From NCBI GenBank assembly GCA_029560465.1, contig JAKQKX010000062.1:3836-67835 (forward strand): DNA of 64,000 bases, written 5' to 3'. The DNA is from Candidatus Omnitrophota bacterium. GTDB lineage: Bacteria > Omnitrophota > Gorgyraeia > Zapsychrales > JANLHA01. Positions 47,098 through 55,087 of the stretch are shown here, one piece after another. Positions within the stretch are counted from its first letter, which is position 1. Each line of letters opens with the position of its first letter. The notes under the pieces are model-generated. The model made no database searches. It saw only the letters and a program-made list of their open reading frames with translations, and was not told the DNA's origin. Made by a program: the position numbers and the translations under genes.

Positions 47098-49041
47098 ATG
47101 AAAAAAGGCCGTCTTTCATTGACCTCTGCGCTTCAGTTGCTGCATACGTATCTTTCTCCAGTTTTCCTTTTATTTTTTTTTGATGAGACTGTTGTCACAA
47201 CATACGTCCCGCCTGCTTTCGTGGCATCCCAGAAGCTTTTATTGGCGGGGTTATGTTATATCGGCAAGCTGGTTATCGGCAGCGGGATGTGCGGGACCAT
47301 GGCGGAATTGTTGTCCGGGGAGAAAGACAGCGTCACAATCCATGATTTCTGGGGGAATGTCCGGGATTTCTGGGCCCTGACGATGCTGATGCACGTCCTG
47401 AAGGTCGCCTTTCTTTTCCTCGTGTATTTTTGGGATCAGGCCGCGCAGCTGACTTTGTTGGGGGCGTGTCTGGATTTGCCCTTGCTTTTTCTGTTGAGTG
47501 CGGCGGTCCTGCATAAGAAATACCACGCTAAAACAGGGTTCCATTGGCGTGCCGGATCGTTCCCGGTCAGGGCGATGGGCCCTATTGTGATGATTTTTAT
47601 GTTTCAGGTGGCCGTTTTTTTCCCTCAGACGTATCTGCCGGACCTCCCGGATCAAGGGCACCTGTTTTTAATCCTTATATCTAAATATTTATATGTGCTG
47701 CTGTTTATCCTCATTACAAAATTTATTTTAGACGGCCTGCCGGCTGTCGCCAGTTTTTATTCTTCCCATCGAGAACTGCTTCTGATTAATCCCCTGGGAG
47801 GCGGGACGATATGGGAGGGGCTGGCGTCACTTGTTTTAAGGTCTGACCCGCCGGTTTTCACCGTTATCAAGGCGCTGACGCCCTCGCCATACACGATCAG
47901 GATGTTCTCCCGGGTTTTTTGGCGCAAGCGGTATTATAAGCCGGGAGTCTTGGTGGCGATAACGTGTTATTCCTGCAATAGTTTTGAGGCCTATAAAATC
48001 GCCAAGGAATTCCGGAAACGCGGAGCCCGGGTTGTGATGGGGGGGCCGCATGTCACCAGCTTGCCCGATGAGGCTCTGGCGTTTTGCGACAGCGTGGTGG
48101 TGGGAGAGGCGGAAGGTGTGTGGGCGTCGGTATTAGCGGATTATGAGAAGGGCGCGCTTAAGCCCGTCTATCATGCCCCTCCCTCTGAAACCCAGTTTAA
48201 TCAGGTGCATCAATATCTTTTACAGGCGCCCGCACAAGAAGTCATGGCTTATATGGAGACCAGCCGCGGGTGCAAATTCCATTGTTATTTTTGTGCCGTC
48301 TATAATATTTATGAAGGCCGGAGGAGGCAGAAGCCGGTATCAGAAGTCGTCGAACAGATCAGAAGGCTCCGCTCCAAGCACTGGTGTTTTCGTTTTATTG
48401 ACAGTAATATTTTTACGGACCCGGCGTATGCCAAAGAATTGTTTGAGGCGTTAATTCCATTGAAGATTATCTGGACCGGGAGCAGCAGCATTGACATCGC
48501 CGCGCACGAGGACTGTTTGCGGTTGGCGAGAGCCAGCGGCTGCATTGGCCTTTTGGTCGGCTACGAAATCTCCCAAACTTCTCCGGAGAAAAAACAGGGC
48601 GGCAAACTGAAGATGGCGGATAAATATCTTGAATACACGCGGAAAATAAAAAAGGCGGGTATCAACGTGAAAGGGCATTTTATGTTTGGCTTTGATTCCG
48701 ACCGTTTTAAGGATCTTCCGGCGTTGTGGCGGTTTTGCCTGTCTGTTTTTCCGTCGTGGACGGTCCTCAGCATCCTCACCCCGATTCCGGGAACTCAGCT
48801 TTTTCAGGATATGCTCACCGAGGGCCGGGTGATGAACGCGAACTGGAAGCGGTACACGACCTTTGAGCTGCTTTTACGGCCGCGTCAAATGGACTACGCC
48901 ATCCTGAAGGCGCTGTATCCATTCGCGAAGATGTTTTTTTTCTTCACGACGTCTCAAAACGGCTGGCTTTTGATCATAGCCGTCCTGTTAATCTTGAAAA
49001 TTTTTTGGACTATGTTAAGTCCGGGGTTTTTATCACCCTGA
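47098..49041 (+). CDS. Membrane-anchored B12-binding radical SAM enzyme (paralog 1)
   Basis: ~270-aa N-terminal polytopic membrane domain; B12-binding Rossmann VLVAITCYSCNSFEAYKIAKEFRKRGARVVMGGPHVTSLP; radical SAM cluster CKFHCYFC; C-terminal TM helix. Confidence 0.7.
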   Translation: MKKGRLSLTSALQLLHTYLSPVFLLFFFDETVVTTYVPPAFVASQKLLLAGLCYIGKLVIGSGMCGTMAELLSGEKDSVTIHDFWGNVRDFWALTMLMHVLKVAFLFLVYFWDQAAQLTLLGACLDLPLLFLLSAAVLHKKYHAKTGFHWRAGSFPVRAMGPIVMIFMFQVAVFFPQTYLPDLPDQGHLFLILISKYLYVLLFILITKFILDGLPAVASFYSSHRELLLINPLGGGTIWEGLASLVLRSDPPVFTVIKALTPSPYTIRMFSRVFWRKRYYKPGVLVAITCYSCNSFEAYKIAKEFRKRGARVVMGGPHVTSLPDEALAFCDSVVVGEAEGVWASVLADYEKGALKPVYHAPPSETQFNQVHQYLLQAPAQEVMAYMETSRGCKFHCYFCAVYNIYEGRRRQKPVSEVVEQIRRLRSKHWCFRFIDSNIFTDPAYAKELFEALIPLKIIWTGSSSIDIAAHEDCLRLARASGCIGLLVGYEISQTSPEKKQGGKLKMADKYLEYTRKIKKAGINVKGHFMFGFDSDRFKDLPALWRFCLSVFPSWTVLSILTPIPGTQLFQDMLTEGRVMNANWKRYTTFELLLRPRQMDYAILKALYPFAKMFFFFTTSQNGWLLIIAVLLILKIFWTMLSPGFLSP

Positions 49042-49147
49042 TCATTCCGGCTGGCCGGCAAAAACGGGATAGGAATGCCAGGCATCCCTGTCCCGTATGG
49101 CTGGGCGCGCGATGTTGGTCTGGGTACGGCGTTGGAAGGACACGGTC

Positions 49148-51091
49148 ATGAAAGAACTGCTGAAATGTTTCCGGGAGTCGTATCAAATCCTGCACTCGTA
49201 TCTTTTTTCGGTGCTCATAGTATTTTTTTGTGAAGGGGCCGTTATAAATCATTATTTCAGCGGGGCCTTTATCACGAGGCATGTTCAGGCTTTCTTGATC
49301 GCCGGAGGCCTGGTCAGGACTTTTTTTTACAGCGGGATTTTCGGGGCGCTGGTTGATTTATGCACGGGAGAAGAATACCGCATCACGATGGGGTCTTTTT
49401 GGCGGAACGTCAAGGAGGTTTGCCCTGTTTACCTGTTAGCCCAGGCCGTAAAATTGGCCGCCCTTTTCCTGCTTTTTTCCAGCGGACTTGATTTAGAAAA
49501 CGGGCTGGTCGGATTCGGGGTTGATCTGCCTGTCTTATGCTTGCTGGCTTTCGGAATCCTGTGGCGGAAAGCCGCCGCTCGTGGAATTAAGACGAAGGTG
49601 CTTCCGGCGATAAAATTATTCGATGCCGCCTTCATTATTTTTATATGGGCCCTTCAACTGGCGGCCCGCGTGTCCGCCCCGGTCTTGGGATTAGAGAACC
49701 ACTACATTGCGGGCGGGATTCTTGGGGCGGAGAAATATCTGAGTTTGTTGTTGTTTGTATTCATTGTGAAAATTTATATCAAAAGGGACCTTTCATTCGG
49801 GGAAATATGGAAGCCCAGGCAAGAGATTTTTTTTATTAATCCTCTCGGGGGAGGCTCTTTCCGCGAAGATTTGTCTTCGCTTCTGATCCTTTATTATCCC
49901 TATAATTTCCTTGTTTTAGAGGCGTTGACCCCGAAAAAGTACCAGATCCGGAAATTCTGTCGGGTCTTTTGGCGTAAACGGTATTATAAAAGCAATGTCC
50001 TGGTCGCGATCACCAGCCATACCTGCAATATTTCAGCGGCGTATAAAATCGCGAAAGAATTCAGGAAAAGAGGCGCTAAAGTCGTGATGGGGGGCTCCCA
50101 TGTGTCCTGCCTTCCGGAGGAGGCTTTGGCGTTTTGTGACAGCGTGGTGGTGGGAGAGGCCGAGGGCGTGTGGGAGGCGCTTTTAGCGGATTATGAAAAT
50201 AATGACCTCAAGCGGGTGTACCATGGGGCCGCGTCCGAGGCCCAATATAACAAGGTCCATCAATTCTTTTTGCAGGCGCCGGCCGAGGAGGTCGTGGACA
50301 ATTTGGTGACCACCCATGGCTGTAAGTTCAATTGCAGTTTTTGTGCCGTCCGCACCATCAATGAAGGCCGGACGAGATGTAAACCCGTGTCCCAGGTCAT
50401 TGAACTGATTCAAAGGTTTCGCCCAAAGCGCACGTACTTTCATTTTCTCGACAGTAATATGTTCACGGATCCGGCGTATGCCAAGGAATTGTTCCAGGCG
50501 CTCATCCCTTTAAAAATCAAATGGCGGGGGTGCAGCAGCCTTGATATCGCCGCGGATGAGGATTGCCTGCGGCTGGCCAAAGCCAGCGGGTGTGTCGGCC
50601 TTTTGATCGGATATGAAATCAATCAGGCGTCCCCGGAGAAAAAACAGGGCGGCAAACTGAAGTTGGCGGACCAATATCTGGAATATACGAGGCGGATTAA
50701 GAAGGCGGGCATTGATGTCAAAGGGCACTTTATTTTTGGGTATGATTCCGACCGTTGGAAGGATTTATTCGATTATTGGAAATTCTGTTTTAATATTTTT
50801 CCAAGCCACACGGGGTTTTCCATATTAACCCCCTTGCCGGGAACGCGGCTTTTTGCCGGCCTGTTGGCAGAGGGGCGTATTATGAATGCGAATTGGCAGC
50901 AATATACGACTTTACAAATAGTTTTCAAAACAAGGCAGGTGGATTTTAAAAAGGTCGGAATCTTTTTCCCGTTTATTATGATTTTATTTTACCTCACCAC
51001 ATCGAAAAACGGGTGGTTCTTGTTAGTGTCGTTAATATGCCTTGGCAGCATTGTCCTTAAAATAATGACAATGAACACCATGATGTTTTAA
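49148..51091 (+). CDS. Membrane-anchored B12-binding radical SAM enzyme (paralog 2)
   Basis: Same architecture as 47098-49041; CKFNCSFC cluster; N-termini align (YQILHSYLFSVLIVFF vs LQLLHTYLSPVFLLFF). Confidence 0.7.
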   Translation: MKELLKCFRESYQILHSYLFSVLIVFFCEGAVINHYFSGAFITRHVQAFLIAGGLVRTFFYSGIFGALVDLCTGEEYRITMGSFWRNVKEVCPVYLLAQAVKLAALFLLFSSGLDLENGLVGFGVDLPVLCLLAFGILWRKAAARGIKTKVLPAIKLFDAAFIIFIWALQLAARVSAPVLGLENHYIAGGILGAEKYLSLLLFVFIVKIYIKRDLSFGEIWKPRQEIFFINPLGGGSFREDLSSLLILYYPYNFLVLEALTPKKYQIRKFCRVFWRKRYYKSNVLVAITSHTCNISAAYKIAKEFRKRGAKVVMGGSHVSCLPEEALAFCDSVVVGEAEGVWEALLADYENNDLKRVYHGAASEAQYNKVHQFFLQAPAEEVVDNLVTTHGCKFNCSFCAVRTINEGRTRCKPVSQVIELIQRFRPKRTYFHFLDSNMFTDPAYAKELFQALIPLKIKWRGCSSLDIAADEDCLRLAKASGCVGLLIGYEINQASPEKKQGGKLKLADQYLEYTRRIKKAGIDVKGHFIFGYDSDRWKDLFDYWKFCFNIFPSHTGFSILTPLPGTRLFAGLLAEGRIMNANWQQYTTLQIVFKTRQVDFKKVGIFFPFIMILFYLTTSKNGWFLLVSLICLGSIVLKIMTMNTMMF

Positions 51092-51696
51092 ATAGCCTGG
51101 AGGATTTTGGAGAAGTGATAAATGTGGTGGCTCGAAAGGGTCCAGCTGCATAAAAGGAAGAGCAGCCCGAACAGGAACACCCCGTCTAAGATGTTGTTCG
51201 GGAAAAACGGCGAAATAAACAATAAAAACAGGCCTATTAATGCGGCCCTGAAAACATTTTCCGTGAAATAAATACAGTCGAGCAGGGAATGCGTGTTGTA
51301 TTTTTTGCTTAAAAGTTCCGTAAGGTAATACAAGGTTTTTTCCTCAAAGAAAAGCTCATCGAATTCCTCTTTAAGTAAAGTGCCTGCGATTTTTACGACG
51401 ATCTTTTTTTTAGCCCGTTGGTTCATGGTCAGAAGGCCGCTGAGTGGTAATATGGCCAGGAGAATCATCACCAGGTGATTCGCGATAAATGCTCCCAAGG
51501 AAAGCAGGATTAATATTTTATAGATGATTTCCAGCGCCTCTGTCATTTTTAAGGGATGCGCCAAGGCATGGAGGGAAGGGTGGCGTTCCCACGCGAGTTT
51601 AACCTGCGGTTGCCAGAGGAAGTAGTTGAGCCACTCAAATGTGGCAGAGTCATTTTCTATAGTATTAATAATAGTTGTATATGTAGAAACTTTCAT
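51088..51696 (-). CDS. Hypothetical integral membrane protein
   Basis: 202 aa with 4-5 hydrophobic helices; convergent with and 4-nt overlapping paralog 2 stop. Confidence 0.4.
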   Translation of the reverse strand: MKVSTYTTIINTIENDSATFEWLNYFLWQPQVKLAWERHPSLHALAHPLKMTEALEIIYKILILLSLGAFIANHLVMILLAILPLSGLLTMNQRAKKKIVVKIAGTLLKEEFDELFFEEKTLYYLTELLSKKYNTHSLLDCIYFTENVFRAALIGLFLLFISPFFPNNILDGVFLFGLLFLLCSWTLSSHHIYHFSKILQAI

Positions 51697-51852
51697 TATT
51701 ATTTTTATCTGTAATGATGAATTTTCTGCTTATATTGATATATATTATGGGCTTGTTCTTTATTTTGTAAAGAAAATAATTATTTTTGGGTGTTAAAAAC
51801 CCTGAATTGAATAGGTTCCATTGCTTGTCCTAGGTCGTCCGGGTATGTCCTC

Positions 51853-51881
51853 TTGACAAAACCCCTTATTTTATTGAATAT
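51853..51881 (+). promoter_or_regulatory. Candidate sigma70 promoter (TTGACA - 17 nt - GAATAT) in AT-rich region
   Basis: Consensus -35 TTGACA 51853-51858; plausible -10 17 nt downstream; ~40 nt upstream of coiled-coil gene start with SD gaggag. Confidence 0.35.
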
Positions 51882-51918
51882 TAGTATTATATTTAATAAT
51901 TTAATTGAGGAGAAATAC

Positions 51919-53871
51919 ATGCAAAAATTCATAATATGGCAGAGGAGAAGGTTAACCATCCTGGCGGTCATCTTGGTGTTGTCGTTCGGGGGATGGCATG
52001 GTGTTTTCGGGCAGGAGAAAGGGGAGGAAGGGCTGTACGAATGGCAGCTGCGGCCGTATAGTCATGTCCATCAGGAATATAATGAAAAAAGAAGTGAAGA
52101 GAACAAGAAGCAGGCTGAGGAAAATCTGAAGTTAAAAAAGAGCAAGCGGATGCTGAAGGAAGAATACGAGGTCTTGCAGGACAAGTTAAAAAGCCAGGAG
52201 CAGGTGAATGACGAGTTAAAACAAAAGATCGTAGAATTAAAACAGTTGAATAAACAGATCCTGGTTGATTTTAGAAAACGCCAGGACGAATATGATGAGT
52301 TGCAGGACATGTTTGTCCAGCAGCAACAGGAAAACGATTTGCTGCGGGACCGTATCGTTCGCCAGGAAGAGGATAACCGGCTTCAGGAGGAAAAGAACAC
52401 GCAGTTAGAGGAGACGAATCTGGAGCTGGTTAAGCAGTATGACCAGGCGGAGAAAGACTATAAAGAACTTGAATCTCTTTACCAGAGCCAGCAGACCGAG
52501 AATGAGGACCTCCGGCAAAAGACGGAAGAAATGGACGCGGAGAAAACCAAAACCCAGGCGCGGGTGAATGAATTGACGGCGGTGAATAAGCAGCTCAAGG
52601 AACAGTATGAGAGCCTGCAGAGCGAGAATATTGAAATAGAGACTTTGGCGAAAAATAAAGAAGACGAAAAGCAGCGCTATGAGCGGTTGATCGCTGAATT
52701 TGAAAAAGTTCAGGCGGATTATAATGAGATGGAAGCCCTTTTCCAGGAACAGCAGAAGGAGACGGAGGCTTTGGCCGAGAAACTCGGGGTCTTGGAAATG
52801 GACAGGAATGAAAAACAGAAACGGGCGGAAGAGCTGACGGAAAGCAATGCCATGCTGAAAAAAGAATATGATTCTTTAACGCAGGAAAATGTTGAGCTGG
52901 AATCTGTGACCAAAGCCCAGGAAGAAGAAAGCAAGAAATTAAAGAAACTGATAAAGGAATTTGAGAACGCCAAGGAAGAATATGACGAGATGGAAGTCCT
53001 GTTTGAACAGCAGCAGGCCGATAATAAGCGTTTGAAACAGCAGCTGGCAGAACTTGAGAAAGAGAAGAATGAAAAAGAAGGGCGCATGGGAGAGCTGAAA
53101 GCGCTGAATAAAATGTTAAAGGAAGAATATGATTCTCTTCACAAAGAGCAGGGAGAACTGGAATCTTTAGCAAAGGTCCAGGAAGAGGAAAATAAGAAAC
53201 TTCAGAAGATGATCAAGGAATTTGATAAAGTCAAAAAGGAATATGACGGGTTGGAAAAATTATTTATTCAACAACAGGCTGAAAATAAGAGGGTTAAAGA
53301 GGAATTGGGGTCCCTGGAAAAAGATAAGAATGAAAAGCAGGCCCGGATGGATGAGCTTAAGAATTTGAATAAAATGCTCAAAGGGGAGTATTCGTATCTT
53401 CAGCAGGAGAAAGTGGAGCTGGAAAGTTTAGCGAAAGCCCAGGAAGAAGAAAACAAGAAATTGCAGGGGCTGATCAAGGAATTTGATCAAGCCAAAGCTG
53501 ATTATGACGATTTGGAAACTCTGTTCAAACAGCAACAGAATGAGAACCGGCGCTTAACCGAGCAGCTGGCAGCTATGGAACAGGAAAAAGATGCGAAACA
53601 GGACCGTATGGGTGAATTAAAAAAGTTAAACGATAATCTTAAAGAAGATTTTCTGAAGATGCAGAAAGAGCAGACGGCCCTGGAATCTTTGGCTAATGAG
53701 CAGGAGCGGGAAAACAGGAAGTTGAAAGAACAGCTGGAAAAAGAAAAAGAGGATTTCGGTAAAAGGCTCCTGGATTTCTACAAGCAGGAAGAAGAGATAT
53801 TGAATCAGCGTATTGATGAATACCAGAAGCGCCAGCAGGAATTGAAAACGTTGATTAAGCAGCGGCAGTAA
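51919..53871 (+). CDS. Large coiled-coil repeat protein with N-terminal signal/TM anchor
   Basis: N-terminal RRRLTILAVILVLSFGGW hydrophobic segment, then ~600 aa of E/K/Q-rich heptad sequence in ~87-aa tandem repeats (ELESLAKAQEEENKKL...LIKEF..AK.EYD.LE.LF.QQQ.ENKRL). Confidence 0.6.
   Translation: MQKFIIWQRRRLTILAVILVLSFGGWHGVFGQEKGEEGLYEWQLRPYSHVHQEYNEKRSEENKKQAEENLKLKKSKRMLKEEYEVLQDKLKSQEQVNDELKQKIVELKQLNKQILVDFRKRQDEYDELQDMFVQQQQENDLLRDRIVRQEEDNRLQEEKNTQLEETNLELVKQYDQAEKDYKELESLYQSQQTENEDLRQKTEEMDAEKTKTQARVNELTAVNKQLKEQYESLQSENIEIETLAKNKEDEKQRYERLIAEFEKVQADYNEMEALFQEQQKETEALAEKLGVLEMDRNEKQKRAEELTESNAMLKKEYDSLTQENVELESVTKAQEEESKKLKKLIKEFENAKEEYDEMEVLFEQQQADNKRLKQQLAELEKEKNEKEGRMGELKALNKMLKEEYDSLHKEQGELESLAKVQEEENKKLQKMIKEFDKVKKEYDGLEKLFIQQQAENKRVKEELGSLEKDKNEKQARMDELKNLNKMLKGEYSYLQQEKVELESLAKAQEEENKKLQGLIKEFDQAKADYDDLETLFKQQQNENRRLTEQLAAMEQEKDAKQDRMGELKKLNDNLKEDFLKMQKEQTALESLANEQERENRKLKEQLEKEKEDFGKRLLDFYKQEEEILNQRIDEYQKRQQELKTLIKQRQ
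52380..53760 (+). repeat. Intragenic tandem coding repeats, period ~261 nt (87 aa), ~5 copies
   Basis: Repeat starts recognisable at ~52900, ~53161, ~53422, ~53683 (g/tggagctggaa..ttagc.aaag.ccaggaagaggaaaa). Confidence 0.5.
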
Positions 53872-54152
53872 GGAAGAGCGAGTTTTTTTGTTAAGACGGC
53901 CGGGGACTTTGTCCCCGGCCGTTTCTTTATTTGCACGAAAAAACCACTGGCGTGAGCCTGTGGATGGAGTGCGTCCGATGTCGCGGTCGCGTATGATAGA
54001 GGCGACGTCCTGACGGCCGCGCCTGCGCAAGGTCGCTGAATTTGGTCCGTTATCTTTAAATGATGCCGGGAATACCCGTTTCCTTTATTGCTTTGGGAGT
54101 TGTTCTTCTATATAATAATTCCTACCTAATTCACCCATGACAAAAATTTTTT

Positions 54153-55082
54153 ATGGCCGATACCTCCAGAAAACAGATGTTTTCTCGCGGATGTGTTGTT
54201 TTTCCGCTTTTATTGACGGTGCTTGTTTTATTCACCGACGCGAAGACCGCTTATATCAGCCGCCTTAATTATCTGAAGAGCAGGGTTGAATATTATTTGC
54301 TGAATTTCCAGGCCGGGAAGGCCCTTTATGATCGACAGAATTTTGTCCAGGCGGCCCGGTATTATGAATTGCTGATCGCTAAATCAAAAGAATCTGATCT
54401 CTTTTATGCTAGCCTTGGGTTTTGCCGGTACCATTTGGGAGATTTTGACCGTGCGTTTCAGGCCTATGAGTTCGCTTTTTCCAGGCAGCCGCATATCTAT
54501 ACCTACGCCTGGGATCTGGGCATGATGTCCTATGCCCTCGGGAATTATTCAAACGCTGTGAAGTATTTGAATCAGAGCCTGGAGGAAGTTCCTTGGACGG
54601 CCAGATTGGTGGTAGGGCTTGCCGAACAGAAGAACACCCGGCAGGGGCAACCCGGTGGCGTCTCCGGCATCTTGTCCCGTTTTCGCGAAAGAGCGGCACA
54701 GGACGAGATTCACGCGATTCATATTCTAGCCCAGAGTTATGACCGGTTGGAAAATTATGGCAAGATGCTTCAGGTGGCCACGCTTGGTTTACGCCGACAC
54801 GGGCCGCAACCGCTTTTGCTTTTCGATCAAGCGCTCGCCTTGTTGCGGATGGGCCAGTATAAAGCCGCAGAGAGCATCTTTTCTGCGGCCATCGCTAAGG
54901 ATCCTTTGGGAGGCCGGGTGTATCATTACCGGTCTTTGGCCCGGAATCATTTGGCGGACACCGCCGCAGCAGAAGAAGATGAAGCCCTGGCTGTGCGGCT
55001 GGGGATGAAGGACCCGGACGAGAGGGAACGGTTCCCTTTACATATAAACTTTGATTTGATTTATCTCCTTTATCAATCTTGA
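54153..55082 (+). CDS. TPR-repeat protein with N-terminal TM anchor
   Basis: VVFPLLLTVLVLF TM, followed by multiple TPR-like units (AARYYELLIAKSKE, YASLGFCRYHLGDFDRAFQAYEFAFS...). Confidence 0.6.
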   Translation: MADTSRKQMFSRGCVVFPLLLTVLVLFTDAKTAYISRLNYLKSRVEYYLLNFQAGKALYDRQNFVQAARYYELLIAKSKESDLFYASLGFCRYHLGDFDRAFQAYEFAFSRQPHIYTYAWDLGMMSYALGNYSNAVKYLNQSLEEVPWTARLVVGLAEQKNTRQGQPGGVSGILSRFRERAAQDEIHAIHILAQSYDRLENYGKMLQVATLGLRRHGPQPLLLFDQALALLRMGQYKAAESIFSAAIAKDPLGGRVYHYRSLARNHLADTAAAEEDEALAVRLGMKDPDERERFPLHINFDLIYLLYQS

Positions 55083-55087
55083 GCCCC

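Noticed and set aside
52595-53173. 192-aa and 122-aa minus-strand ORFs inside the coiled-coil gene
   Set aside because: These are an artefact of the repetitive GAA/GAG-rich sense strand. The sense-strand protein has clear heptad periodicity and an N-terminal anchor.
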